A DNA stretch of 61,172 nt, the filler included. It is 4 parts of 4 records of this genome, joined end to end, with 100 filler letters (N's around TTAATTAATTAA, not from the genome) between each part and the next. Parts side by side here need not be neighbours in the genome. Positions count along the whole stretch, not along the records: positions 23,393 to 45,237 come from SRR22947727_485; 3 more parts are not named here. The stretch is one strand, 5' to 3'. The position numbers and the translations under genes are program-made. This document shows, piece by piece, positions 32,672-43,297 of the stretch (position 1 is its first letter; every line of letters begins with the position of its first letter). Below the pieces are notes generated by a model. That model worked only from the letters and a program-made list of their open reading frames with translations, was not told where the DNA came from and ran no database searches.

Positions 32672-33481
32672 TTATATTATATAATGTTCAATAATTAGAC
32701 TTAAGCATGTAAACAATAAAAAAATTGAGAATATTCTTCTTAAAGTTACTTTATTAACATTCACAGACACCTTTGCTCCTAAATTTGCAGTAAATATACT
32801 TGTCGAAGATATTAATAGAACAATAGCTACATTTAGATAACCAATAGAAAATGGTGGTAAATTATCTATGTCAGAACCTGATAACATAAGGATAAGAGCA
32901 CCAGGGAAAGCTATGAAAAAACCTAAAGCCGCAGATGTACCAACCGCTTCATATATTTTTTTTGAAAACATTGTTAATGTTGGAACACTAAAACTTCCTC
33001 CTCCTATTCCTATTAATACAGACATAAAACCGATGAGAAAACTAATTACTAAATTGACTAGTTTAAATTGAGGTAGATCTTTGGAAATAATTATAGGATC
33101 TTTTTGAAAGGCCATATTTAATGCAATCAAAAAAGCTAATAAAATAAAAATATTAACTAATATTTGACCTGAAATTAGACTAGCGCTGTAAGAACCTAGT
33201 ACAGAACCCAGAACTATACCTGGAGACCATTTTCTTAGTATAGTAAAATTTACATTTCTAAGCTTTATATGAGAACGTATTGAAGAAATTGAAGTAAAGC
33301 ATATTACACCCAAGGAAGATGCTATTGCAATATGCATAGCGTAATCTGATGAGTAATCTAAATATAGAAGCACAAAATAACTAATTGGTACAATTATAAT
33401 ACCTCCACCTACTCCTAAGAGGCCCGCCATAAAACCTGATATAATTCCGGTTACTAAAAAAATAATTATTAAACTTGTCAA
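32672..33481 (-). CDS. TauE/SafE (TSUP) family exporter
   Basis: GLLGVGGG and GIGGG repeats, multiple TM helices. Confidence 0.88.
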   Translation of the reverse strand: MTSLIIIFLVTGIISGFMAGLLGVGGGIIIVPISYFVLLYLDYSSDYAMHIAIASSLGVICFTSISSIRSHIKLRNVNFTILRKWSPGIVLGSVLGSYSASLISGQILVNIFILLAFLIALNMAFQKDPIIISKDLPQFKLVNLVISFLIGFMSVLIGIGGGSFSVPTLTMFSKKIYEAVGTSAALGFFIAFPGALILMLSGSDIDNLPPFSIGYLNVAIVLLISSTSIFTANLGAKVSVNVNKVTLRRIFSIFLLFTCLSLIIEHYII

Positions 33482-33545
33482 TTTTTACCGCTTTGATTTA
33501 CTTTTTATTGTAGTAATCTTTTTAAAATAAAAGTAAATTATTACT

Positions 33546-34670
33546 ATGCAACATATTCATTGGTTAGGAACTGGCCTATCATCTATCCCAGGTATTCGAA
33601 GATTAGCTCAAAACTATGACTATTTAACTATCTGGAATAGAACTATAGAAAAAGCCGAGCAAAGCATTAATCATGTAAATAAACAAAATGTTGTAGCAAA
33701 AAAATTTGATATTGACTCTCTCAGTCAAACCATAAAAGCTGGGGATATAGTTGTTTCACAATTACCTGCCAATCAACATGTAGACATTGCAAAATTATGC
33801 CTAACAAAAAAATGTCATTTTGCAACTAGTAGTTATATTTCTCCTGACATGCAGAGCTTAGATAGTGATGCTAAAAAAAATAATTTAGTTTTTGTTAATG
33901 AGGTTGGCCTTGATCCAGGTATAGATCATTTCTTTTCGCATTTACTTGTTAAAAAATTAAAAGATATGAACCTAACTAATTTAGATGTAACATATCATTC
34001 CTACTGCGGTGGTTTTCCCGCGATACCCAATGATTTTAAATACAAATTTAGCTGGTCTCCTGTAGGGGTTATTAAGGCATTAAATAATGATGCAAAATTC
34101 ATTAGAGATTTTATTGAAGTCACTGAAACACCCTACAAAAATGTTGGGAAATATACTGTTAATAATGAAATTTATGAAGCATATCCAAACAGAGACTCTA
34201 CTCCCTATATTTCAGAATATAACTTTGATTCAAAATGGAGAACAAAAGAATTTGTAAGAGGAACTCTAAGATTAAACGGGTGGAAAAATGCTTGGGCTAA
34301 TATTTTTACGATGCTTGATAATAAGTCACCAGAATTAAATAAACAAATTGATATTTTAGGTGAAGAATTATGGAAACAACATCCATATCTCCAAGATGAG
34401 CAAGACCGTGTGGTTCTTTTTGTTAAATTAATAGCTAATAAAGATAACAAAGAAGTTTTTAATAGTTTTTACGCATTGGATGAAAAAGGATCTGGCGAAA
34501 ATACAGCGATGGGTAAACTAGTGTCAATTACTTTGTCTTGTGCTATCGATTTAATAGTAGAAAATAAAATGCTAAATGGAGTTCAGGCCGCACCTCAGGA
34601 TGAAAATTTAATAAATTATTTTTTTAAAACTTTTGAAGAATATAAAATTTTTATAAAAAACAATTTATGA
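33546..34670 (+). CDS. Saccharopine dehydrogenase (glutamate-forming) family
   Basis: EVGLDPGIDH, SYCGG, YKFSWSP, YPNRDS, RGTLR. Confidence 0.88.
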   Translation: MQHIHWLGTGLSSIPGIRRLAQNYDYLTIWNRTIEKAEQSINHVNKQNVVAKKFDIDSLSQTIKAGDIVVSQLPANQHVDIAKLCLTKKCHFATSSYISPDMQSLDSDAKKNNLVFVNEVGLDPGIDHFFSHLLVKKLKDMNLTNLDVTYHSYCGGFPAIPNDFKYKFSWSPVGVIKALNNDAKFIRDFIEVTETPYKNVGKYTVNNEIYEAYPNRDSTPYISEYNFDSKWRTKEFVRGTLRLNGWKNAWANIFTMLDNKSPELNKQIDILGEELWKQHPYLQDEQDRVVLFVKLIANKDNKEVFNSFYALDEKGSGENTAMGKLVSITLSCAIDLIVENKMLNGVQAAPQDENLINYFFKTFEEYKIFIKNNL

Positions 34671-35905
34671 AAAAAAAAATAAACTCTATAGGAATTCTTA
34701 AAGAAAGCAGACCTGATGAAAGTCGTGCTCCAATAGCACCTAGTCAAGTATCGCTTATTATTAAAAAATATCCTGATATAAATATAATTGTCCAACCATG
34801 TGATAATCGTACATTTAAAAATAATGAATATTCAGAATTTGGTGCAAAAATATCTGAGGATTTAAATAGTTGTGATTTGTTATTTGGAGTGAAAGAAGTA
34901 GATGTGGACAGGCTTATTCCAAATAAAGATTATATTTTTTTTTCCCATACATATAAATTAAATAAAGAAACATTATCCAACGCTCAAGGCACTCCTGGAA
35001 TGGATAAAAAAGAATTATTAAAAAGTATTTTAAATAAAAAAATTAAGCTAATTGATTATGAGAATATTCGTGCTGCAAACGGAGTTAGATATCTAGGATT
35101 TGGAAGATTTGCAGGAATTGTGGGTTGTTATAATACTTTGAATTTATTTTTATCACAAAATAATTTCCAACCTTTAGCTCGAGCTTATAAAGTTAATGAT
35201 TATGAAAGAATTAAAAATAATTTATCTGAAGTACGTTTTCCAAATTTTAAACTTCTAGTCACAGGTGATGGAAGGGTTAATAATGGTGTTCAAGAACTTC
35301 TTAAATATACCAATATAAAGCAAGTATCAGCTGAAGAGTTTTTAAAATCAAATTTTGAATATCCTGTATATTGTAACCTAGAAACTAAAGATTATGTCAT
35401 TCACAAAAATAAAAAGCCTTTTGAGCTAAAACATTTTATTGAATTTCCAAGAGAATATGAGTCACAAACTTATGAATACTTAGAAGTAAGTGATCTCTTC
35501 ATTAGCGCTCATTATTGGGATCCAAGTTCTCCAAAAATTTTTACAAAAGAACAAATGAAAAAATTTTCAAAACTTAAAATTATTGGTGACATAACATGTG
35601 ATGTTGATGGATCTGTACCTACAACTATAAAATCTACAACGATTGAAGAACCTAATTTTTTTCTCAACACTGAAATATTTTCTGAAACAAAAAAAACTGA
35701 TAGCAATTTAGCAATTATGGCTGTAGACAATCTACCATCTGAGTTACCTAGAGACTCTAGTACTGAATTTGGTAATGGAATAGTTAATGAAGTTATACCT
35801 TACATATTAGAAGAAGATGACGGTAGAATTTTAAATTCCACAATTACTGCTGAAGGTCGTTTTTTAAAAAAATATCACTACTTAAATGAGTATATTAACT
35901 CATAA
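34667..35905 (+). CDS. Lysine-ketoglutarate reductase / lysine-forming saccharopine dehydrogenase (AlaDh/PNT fold)
   Basis: E.RAP..P, GVKE, FFSHT.K, LIDYE, GFGRFAG, GDITCD, AVDNLP.ELP..SS. Confidence 0.8.
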   Translation: MKKKINSIGILKESRPDESRAPIAPSQVSLIIKKYPDINIIVQPCDNRTFKNNEYSEFGAKISEDLNSCDLLFGVKEVDVDRLIPNKDYIFFSHTYKLNKETLSNAQGTPGMDKKELLKSILNKKIKLIDYENIRAANGVRYLGFGRFAGIVGCYNTLNLFLSQNNFQPLARAYKVNDYERIKNNLSEVRFPNFKLLVTGDGRVNNGVQELLKYTNIKQVSAEEFLKSNFEYPVYCNLETKDYVIHKNKKPFELKHFIEFPREYESQTYEYLEVSDLFISAHYWDPSSPKIFTKEQMKKFSKLKIIGDITCDVDGSVPTTIKSTTIEEPNFFLNTEIFSETKKTDSNLAIMAVDNLPSELPRDSSTEFGNGIVNEVIPYILEEDDGRILNSTITAEGRFLKKYHYLNEYINS

Positions 35906-37957
35906 ATGAATTTACCTAATACTATTAATCAACTAGCAAAATCTAATGAAAAATTTAAAATTGTAAGTGATTTTACACCTAGTGGTGATCAACCTGCAGC
36001 AATAAAAACTCTAGTTAAAAACCTAAATGATAATGAAAATGAACAAGTATTACTAGGTGTAACTGGCTCAGGAAAAACTTTTACAATGGCAAAAGTTATT
36101 GAACAAATGCAAAAACCTACGCTTATTATGGCTCCTAATAAAACTCTAGCAGCTCAGCTCTACGGAGAGATGAAAAGTCTTTTCCCTAATAATGCAGTCG
36201 AGTATTTTGTAAGTTATTATGACTACTACACACCAGAGGCCTATGTGCCTAGAAGTGACACCTTTATTGAAAAAGAGTCTTCTATCAACGAGCAAATTGA
36301 TAGGCTTCGTCACTCAGCCACCAGATCACTTGTTGAGAGAAGAGATACAATTATTGTAGCTTCAGTGTCATGTATTTATGGAATTGGTTCTGTAGAAGCT
36401 TACTCCTCCATGTCATTTACAATAGAAAAGAATCAATCTTTTAACAGAGATATTTTGATCAGAAAACTAGTTGAACTTCTTTACAAACGTAGGGATATGG
36501 ATTTTAAGCGAGGTAGTTTTCGAGCCAAAGGAGATGTATTAGAAATTTTTCCATCACACCATGAAGATAGATCTTGGAAAATTTCATTTTTTGGAGATGA
36601 TATCGAAAAAATATCCGAGATTGATCCTCTTACTGGAGAAAATTTAGGTGATCTTGAACAAATACGTATATTTGCTAATTCTCACTACGTTACTCCAAAA
36701 CCTACTATTAAAAAAGCATTAGTACAAATTAAAGAAGATTTAAAAAAGCAACTTAATGTTTTTGAAAAAGAAAAAAAATTATTAGAACGCCAACGTTTAG
36801 ATGAACGAACTACATTTGATTTAGAAATGATAGAAACAACAGGCAGTTGTAGTGGTATTGAAAATTATTCAAGGTACTTATCAGGAAGACAACCTGGTGA
36901 ACCTCCTCCTACATTATACGAATATATACCTGAGGATTCACTTTTATTTATTGATGAAAGCCACATAACATGTAGTCAAATATCAGGAATGTATAAAGGT
37001 GATTTTTCAAGAAAATCTACCTTATCACAATATGGGTTTAGGCTTCCTAGCTGTCTTGATAACAGACCACTTAAAAGAGAAGAGTGGGATGCTATGAGAC
37101 CTCAAACAATATTTGTTAGCGCAACACCTAGTGATTATGAATTAGAAAAAACTGGAGGAGTGTTTGTTGAGCAAGTTATCCGACCTACTGGACTTATTGA
37201 TCCACCAATTGAAATACGAACAACAAAGCATCAAATAGATAATTTAATTGATGAATGTAAATTAACAATATCAAACGGATATAGAGCTATAATAACGACA
37301 TTAACAAAAAAAATGTCAGAGGACTTAACCGAATATATGCACGAAGAAGGTTTAAAAGTGAGATATCTTCACTCTGATATTGATACTCTTGAACGAATAG
37401 AAATTATAAGAGATCTTCGGTTAGGAGTATTTGATATTTTAATTGGTATAAATCTTTTGCGAGAAGGTTTAGATATTCCAGAATGCGCACTTATGGCGAT
37501 ACTAGATGCTGATAAAGAAGGTTACCTTCGATCTAAAACAAGTTTAATTCAAACAATTGGAAGAGCTGCAAGAAATGTAGATAGTAAGGTAATAATGTAT
37601 GCAGATACAGTTACAAAAAGTATGAAAGCAGCAATACATGAAACAGAAAGAAGAAGAGAAAAACAGCTCCAATATAATAAGGAAAACAATATAACACCTA
37701 TTAGTATTAAAAAAAATATTGAAGTAATTTTAGAAAATACTGCTGAGCAAGATCATGTAACTGTTGAAATTGAAAACGCAAAAGAATTAGTTGGGAAGGA
37801 TCTTAGCAAACATATAAAACATCTTGAAGATAAAATGAATATGTTTGCATCTAAACTAGAATTTGAAGATGCTGCAAGAATACGTGATGAAATAAATAGA
37901 CTTAAGGCAAAAGAAGTTGGATTATCAGATAAAATTTTGAAATTCAAAAAAAAATAA
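35906..37957 (+). CDS. uvrB: Excinuclease ABC subunit B
   Basis: GVTGSGKT, FVSYYDYY.PEAY, DESH, GINLLREGLD, C-terminal UVR domain. Confidence 0.98.
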   Translation: MNLPNTINQLAKSNEKFKIVSDFTPSGDQPAAIKTLVKNLNDNENEQVLLGVTGSGKTFTMAKVIEQMQKPTLIMAPNKTLAAQLYGEMKSLFPNNAVEYFVSYYDYYTPEAYVPRSDTFIEKESSINEQIDRLRHSATRSLVERRDTIIVASVSCIYGIGSVEAYSSMSFTIEKNQSFNRDILIRKLVELLYKRRDMDFKRGSFRAKGDVLEIFPSHHEDRSWKISFFGDDIEKISEIDPLTGENLGDLEQIRIFANSHYVTPKPTIKKALVQIKEDLKKQLNVFEKEKKLLERQRLDERTTFDLEMIETTGSCSGIENYSRYLSGRQPGEPPPTLYEYIPEDSLLFIDESHITCSQISGMYKGDFSRKSTLSQYGFRLPSCLDNRPLKREEWDAMRPQTIFVSATPSDYELEKTGGVFVEQVIRPTGLIDPPIEIRTTKHQIDNLIDECKLTISNGYRAIITTLTKKMSEDLTEYMHEEGLKVRYLHSDIDTLERIEIIRDLRLGVFDILIGINLLREGLDIPECALMAILDADKEGYLRSKTSLIQTIGRAARNVDSKVIMYADTVTKSMKAAIHETERRREKQLQYNKENNITPISIKKNIEVILENTAEQDHVTVEIENAKELVGKDLSKHIKHLEDKMNMFASKLEFEDAARIRDEINRLKAKEVGLSDKILKFKKK

Positions 37958-38956
37958 ATGGAAATATTGTTTGAAGTAAAAAATTCTACCGGAGTCATTA
38001 CCTTAAGTAGGCCAAAAGCACTGAATGCTCTTAACTTAAATATGGCTATACAGCTTTCAAAGAAATTAAAAGAATGGGAAGATGATAATGCAGTTGAAAG
38101 AGTTATCTTACTCGGTGAGGGAAATCATTTCTGTGCAGGTGGAGATGTAAAAAGTGTTCATCTTTCAGGTCCATTTTCAGAATTAAAACGTGAATTTTTT
38201 TCCAAAGAATATTCTCTTAATTTACAAATTAAAAATTTTCCAAAGCCTTATTTATCAATTTGGAAAGGAGTTGTAATGGGAGGTGGTGTAGGATTATCAA
38301 TTTATGGTGATTATAGAATTGCAACTGACAGCACTAAATTTGCAATGCCGGAGACTTCTATAGGTTTTTTCCCAGATGTTGGTGGAAGTTTTTTTCTATC
38401 AAGAATGGAAAATAATATTGGTAAATATTTAGGCCTAACTGGTGAATTAATTCAATGTAAAGATTTGTTAAATTTTGGTTTGGCAACACATTATTGTCCT
38501 GAAGATAAATTAGAGATTGTAATTAATCAATATATTTTAGACGGATCAATAGTCAGGCATGAAATAGAAAACTCTTCATCATTTTCAGAGGAAAAATTAG
38601 ATTTTATAAATAAAAATTTTACTGGAGATATTTATGAAATTCTCAAAAAAATTACAGCAAAACAAGATCAAGATAACTTACTTAATAGACTACTAAGTAA
38701 ATGCCCAATGAGTTTAGCAGTAACAACTTTATTAATAAATAATTCATCAAAAAGAACTCTAAAAGAATGTTTGGAAATAGAATATAGATTAAGTCAAAAA
38801 ATGGTTAATCGTCATGATTTTGGTGAAGGAATAGAAGCTGTCTTAATTGAAAAACACCATAATCCACAATGGCAACCTAGCTCAACAAAAGAAATAAATC
38901 TTGAAGATTTGAATAAAATATTTGCCTCCTCTATAGATAATGAATTAAAATTATAG
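37958..38956 (+). CDS. 3-hydroxyisobutyryl-CoA hydrolase-like crotonase
   Basis: RPKALNAL, FCAGGD, MGGG.G, AMPE..IGFFPDVG, DF.EG..A. Confidence 0.88.
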   Translation: MEILFEVKNSTGVITLSRPKALNALNLNMAIQLSKKLKEWEDDNAVERVILLGEGNHFCAGGDVKSVHLSGPFSELKREFFSKEYSLNLQIKNFPKPYLSIWKGVVMGGGVGLSIYGDYRIATDSTKFAMPETSIGFFPDVGGSFFLSRMENNIGKYLGLTGELIQCKDLLNFGLATHYCPEDKLEIVINQYILDGSIVRHEIENSSSFSEEKLDFINKNFTGDIYEILKKITAKQDQDNLLNRLLSKCPMSLAVTTLLINNSSKRTLKECLEIEYRLSQKMVNRHDFGEGIEAVLIEKHHNPQWQPSSTKEINLEDLNKIFASSIDNELKL

Positions 38957-38989
38957 AAATAGTATACATTGCTATTAAAAATTAAATAA

Positions 38990-39832
38990 ATGATAAAAAA
39001 ATTATTATTATTATTATTTCTTATAATTATTTGTATATTTTTTTTAATTTTTTACCTTGTTGATAGAGTTTATATTAATTCTTATATAAAAAATATAGAA
39101 AAAAATTTTAATGTTAATATTTCTTTACAAGAGCCACACCAATTAAAAGTTGTTCCAAACCTTTCACTTTTAGTTAATTTTAATTTAGAAAATAAAGAAA
39201 GAAATATACTTATTGAAGATGGAGAACTAAGTATTAAAAAATATTATAATTTTACAAATCCCAAATTAAATTTTAGTTCTAAAAGAATTATAATTGATAA
39301 ATTAATTTTTGATACGTTAACAACATCAGGCGAAATAAATGAATATAATTTAAGTAATTTACTGAAACTTACATTATTTCCTGAAGGATATTTCTCCTTT
39401 AAAATGAATGATGATGATGAAAAATCATTACAGTTTATTAATATAATTGTGCAAAGATTAAATGTTCCTAAGGCTTACAAGCAATTTATAGATGTATCAT
39501 CTAATTTTTTAAAAGATAAGTCACTCTACTCTAGCAAAATTATTATTGATCAAGAGCGTATAACTATTGATTACTTTGAATCTCTAAAAAATGAATATGG
39601 TTTAACCTTAACTGGTGAATTGAACTTAGAAAATGAAATGACTAATCTTAAGGTAAGTATCAAAATGGAAAATGAAAAAATATTTGAGATTAAAATATTT
39701 GGTAATACAAAAAATCCTGAAATTTACATTTTATCCACTGATAAAATACTAGATGTAAAATTTAATCTTAATGACTTTAATCAAATTTTAGATAGTAATT
39801 TTGATAATATTTTAAATTTTATTAGCAAATGA
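38990..39832 (+). CDS. Hypothetical N-terminally anchored protein (possibly AsmA-like)
   Basis: N-terminal TM segment, beta-rich body; no clear motif. Confidence 0.5.
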   Translation: MIKKLLLLLFLIIICIFFLIFYLVDRVYINSYIKNIEKNFNVNISLQEPHQLKVVPNLSLLVNFNLENKERNILIEDGELSIKKYYNFTNPKLNFSSKRIIIDKLIFDTLTTSGEINEYNLSNLLKLTLFPEGYFSFKMNDDDEKSLQFINIIVQRLNVPKAYKQFIDVSSNFLKDKSLYSSKIIIDQERITIDYFESLKNEYGLTLTGELNLENEMTNLKVSIKMENEKIFEIKIFGNTKNPEIYILSTDKILDVKFNLNDFNQILDSNFDNILNFISK

Positions 39833-40764
39833 ATAGTCTAATTTATGTTATTTTTTCAGTATTTGGTTACGTAATAATAGGCTTTATAATTAAAAAATTT
39901 TTAAACTTATCTGAAAAAATTTCTAATAAATTTGACTATTTGAGTTTTAATATTTTACTACCTTTAGCGTTAATAACTTATTTTTGGCAAATTGAATTCC
40001 CTCAAATTAATACATTTTTATTATTAATAGTTTTCTTTGGTGGAGGTATATTGGTTTTTTTAATTGGTTTTCATGTTTCTAAACTTTTATTACAAAATAA
40101 AACTGATGATAACGCACTTCTTGGTCTTTCGTCTTGTTTTGGTAATTCAGTTGCTCTTGGAATCCCATTAATGCACTCTCTTTTAGGTAAATTCAATGTT
40201 ATGCCATATATGATTTTAGTTTTGTTTCATGGATTAGTTCATTTTACTTATACGACAATAATCATAGAGTCTTATAGAAACAGAAGTCTAGAGCTAAATA
40301 AAAAGATTATATCAACTATAACAGGATTATTTAAAAATGTTGTTCTTGTCGGTATTTTTATTGGAATAATCCTCAATTATACTAAAATTACACGACCGCC
40401 ATTGATGATGAGTATTTTAAATAATATTTCTACATTTGCCTTGCCATGTGTTCTCATATCCTTGGGGTTTTCATTAACCAAATTTAACTGGCTATTGTCA
40501 TTTAAGAAATCAATTATTTTTACATTTTTAAAAAATTTTATTCATCCATTAATAGCTTTTATACTATCAAAATATATTTTTAACCTAGAAGACTTATTAG
40601 TTATCACCGTTACTTTAGCGTCTGCATTACCAACAGGATCACAAGCATATTATTTTGCTTTCAGGTATGGTGCTCAAAAAGATTTAATTTCATCAAATGT
40701 CGTTTTAAGTACTTTTGTGAGTTTCTTTACTTTATCAATATTAATATTGCTATTTAATGCTTAA
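39829..40764 (+). CDS. AEC (auxin efflux carrier) family transporter
   Basis: About 10 TM helices; FGNS..LGIP, ALPTG. Confidence 0.85.
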   Translation: MNSLIYVIFSVFGYVIIGFIIKKFLNLSEKISNKFDYLSFNILLPLALITYFWQIEFPQINTFLLLIVFFGGGILVFLIGFHVSKLLLQNKTDDNALLGLSSCFGNSVALGIPLMHSLLGKFNVMPYMILVLFHGLVHFTYTTIIIESYRNRSLELNKKIISTITGLFKNVVLVGIFIGIILNYTKITRPPLMMSILNNISTFALPCVLISLGFSLTKFNWLLSFKKSIIFTFLKNFIHPLIAFILSKYIFNLEDLLVITVTLASALPTGSQAYYFAFRYGAQKDLISSNVVLSTFVSFFTLSILILLFNA

Positions 40765-41306
40765 GTAGATTTAGTTGATAAAGATAACATTTTTTCTTTT
40801 TTTAACTTTGTTCCAATACTGTGTGGAAATATTTGAAGCATTTTATCATAAATTTCTATTGCTTTTTCAGGCTGATTCGTATGAATAAAAATTAAGCTCA
40901 TCCCGTCTAAAGCGCCAAAGTGTCTAGGCTCTAATTGTAATGTCTGACTTATATCATTCATTGATAAGTCAAAATTACCCATCATGAAATAGGCAGTGGC
41001 TCTTTTATTCCAAGCTTCTGCAAAATTTGGATTTGTTAAAATTACTTCATCAAAATAATCAATTGATCTTTTATAGTAACCTAAATTCATCATTTGAATG
41101 CCAGTCTCAAATGTTCTAGTCATTTTTGGATCTTCAATTTCATGCCAAATTTTCCATATCTGATTAGTTATTTTATTTATTGCCTGTTCATCTTCTTCAA
41201 TTACAAGTTTATCAAATAAATAGTTAAGCCTGTTGTCGTTTTGATCTGCAAGTACTTGGAGAGGAATAATTGTAAAAAAAATGAAGGTAAAAATTATTTT
41301 ATGCAT
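40761..41306 (-). CDS. Exported TPR protein
   Basis: PNFAEAWNKRATAYF, LQLEPRHFGAL. Confidence 0.85.
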   Translation of the reverse strand: MHKIIFTFIFFTIIPLQVLADQNDNRLNYLFDKLVIEEDEQAINKITNQIWKIWHEIEDPKMTRTFETGIQMMNLGYYKRSIDYFDEVILTNPNFAEAWNKRATAYFMMGNFDLSMNDISQTLQLEPRHFGALDGMSLIFIHTNQPEKAIEIYDKMLQIFPHSIGTKLKKEKMLSLSTKST

Positions 41307-41532
41307 AATTTTCTACCTTGAAAGGTTTAGATGAAAGATGTCTTTTTTTTTCATGTTTTCTTGTTCTGCCACTTACTCTTTCTCTCCAAAGTTTGAAAGA
41401 TTTAGGCTTTAGGTTTTTTCTCATTATTTTAATCACTTCAGATTCACTTTTACCATGTAGTCGTTCAATTTTTTCAAATGAAACTTTATCACTCCATGCA
41501 AGCTTAATTATATTATCTGTCAAGTATTCCAC
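41299..41532 (-). CDS. TIGR03643/DUF2805 family small protein
   Basis: AW.D...FE.I..G..E.EVI..MR..LK..SF..WR.RVSGR..KH. Confidence 0.8.
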   Translation of the reverse strand: MEYLTDNIIKLAWSDKVSFEKIERLHGKSESEVIKIMRKNLKPKSFKLWRERVSGRTRKHEKKRHLSSKPFKVENYA

Positions 41533-41570
41533 AAGTTGTATATAGTTGTAAAATTACTGAATTCTAAAAA

Positions 41571-42194
41571 ATGATAGATTTATATTCCTCTTCCACACCA
41601 AATGGTCGAAAAATCACCATATTGCTTGAAGAATTAGGAATAGATTATAATCCCATACTTGTCAGTTTAGATAAAAAAGAACAATTTTCACCTGAATTTT
41701 CAAAAATCTCACCGACAAATAAAATTCCAGTAATTGTTGATAAAGAGAGTAACCAAACCATTTTTGAGTCAGGTGCTATCCTTCTTTACCTCGCTAAAAA
41801 ATATAATAAATTTTTAAATCAAAAAGATTATTGGAATGTAGTTCAGTGGTTATTCTTTCAAATGGCGTATGTTGGCCCAATGCTTGGTCAAGCTCATCAA
41901 TATCTTTTTTACCATAAGAACAAAAGTAAATTTGCTGAGGAAAAATCCAAAGGTTATGTTAATAATATTTATGAAATTTTAGAAGCACAGTTATTTAAAA
42001 ATAATTATATTTCTAATAATTATTCAATCGCAGATATTGCAGTTTGGCCATGGGTTGCTAGATTTGAAAGACATCAAATAAATTTAAAAAAATATCCCAA
42101 CGTGCTTCGTTGGTATATTAATATATCTAAAAGGCCTGCTGTTATAAAAGGTTATAATGTTATTGGTGATTTTAATGAAATACCAATTCCTTAA
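41571..42194 (+). CDS. Glutathione S-transferase (YfcG-like)
   Basis: TPNG, ISP..KIP, FESGAIL.YLA, GPMLGQ, YSIADIA. Confidence 0.9.
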   Translation: MIDLYSSSTPNGRKITILLEELGIDYNPILVSLDKKEQFSPEFSKISPTNKIPVIVDKESNQTIFESGAILLYLAKKYNKFLNQKDYWNVVQWLFFQMAYVGPMLGQAHQYLFYHKNKSKFAEEKSKGYVNNIYEILEAQLFKNNYISNNYSIADIAVWPWVARFERHQINLKKYPNVLRWYINISKRPAVIKGYNVIGDFNEIPIP

Positions 42195-42799
42195 GGATTA
42201 TAAAAAAATACTGAAACTGCTGTAGCAATTAGAAGTATTGCCAATATTGACTCAATAATTTTTTTTAATCTTTGATTACTTAAGTAATTTCTAATAACAC
42301 TCCCACCGTAAGCCCATATACTAATTGAGGGGATATTAACTACAGTCGACATGATGACCATAAATAGAGTTCCAATAATAATATTTTCATTTTTTGGATA
42401 ATATAAAGTTACCGCTGTAGAACAAATTACCCAAGCCTTAGGGTTAACAAACTGAAAAAGAATAGCTTCATAATATTTTAATGGACGAGATCTATCTTCT
42501 GTTTTCCCAATATTAAGGGAGCCAAACATTTTATAAGCTAGATAAAGTATATAAGCAGAACCCACATATCGAAGAATATCAAAAAGAATTGGGTATTTTA
42601 TAAATAATGTTCCTAAACCAAGACACACTAAAGCTAACTGCAATCCATGACCTGTAGGTATTCCAAATATATTTGGAATTGACCTATTAAAACCAAATTT
42701 AATTCCAGAAGTTGTTAGGATACTATTATTAGGGCCTGGGGTAGCATACATAATAAAGTTATATACTGCTAAAGCTAAGATTAACTCCCATGTTATCAT
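42191..42799 (-). CDS. LysE/RhtB family translocator
   Basis: TPGPNN, G.AYILYLA, FQFVNPKAW. Confidence 0.9.
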   Translation of the reverse strand: MITWELILALAVYNFIMYATPGPNNSILTTSGIKFGFNRSIPNIFGIPTGHGLQLALVCLGLGTLFIKYPILFDILRYVGSAYILYLAYKMFGSLNIGKTEDRSRPLKYYEAILFQFVNPKAWVICSTAVTLYYPKNENIIIGTLFMVIMSTVVNIPSISIWAYGGSVIRNYLSNQRLKKIIESILAILLIATAVSVFFYNP

Positions 42800-42804
42800 G
42801 ACAA

Positions 42805-43290
42805 TTAATCTCTAAAATTTATAAACTGAACAGGTATCCCAACTTGTAAATCTTCAATTAATTGCATTGCAGATTGCAAATCATCTCTTTTTTTTCCATC
42901 AATTCTAAGTTCATTTCCATTTATTTTAGCTTGTACTTTCATTTTTGAACTTTTAATTTCTGCAGTTATTTTTTTAGCAACATCTTGCTCAATGCCTTCA
43001 ACCAAAGATATAGTTTGTCTAATTTTATCACCACCAGCTTTTTCTTTATCTTTTTTTCCTAATGCTAATGGATCTAATTTTCTTCTCACAAAATGTGATA
43101 TTAAAATATCATTTACCTGGGATAATTTTAAATCATCATCAGTGACAATAGTAATTACTTTTTCACTTCTCTCAAGAGTCGTTTTAGATCCTTTAAAATC
43201 ATAGCGATTAGTAATTTCCCTGAGGGCATTGGCAATAGCATTATCAATCTCTTGAAAATCTACTCTACTTACAATATCAAAACTTGGCAT
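42805..43290 (-). CDS. yajQ: YajQ nucleotide/c-di-GMP-binding protein
   Basis: MPSFDIVS, RYDFKG, GKKRDDLQ, NFRD. Confidence 0.95.
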   Translation of the reverse strand: MPSFDIVSRVDFQEIDNAIANALREITNRYDFKGSKTTLERSEKVITIVTDDDLKLSQVNDILISHFVRRKLDPLALGKKDKEKAGGDKIRQTISLVEGIEQDVAKKITAEIKSSKMKVQAKINGNELRIDGKKRDDLQSAMQLIEDLQVGIPVQFINFRD

Positions 43291-43297
43291 ATTTAAA

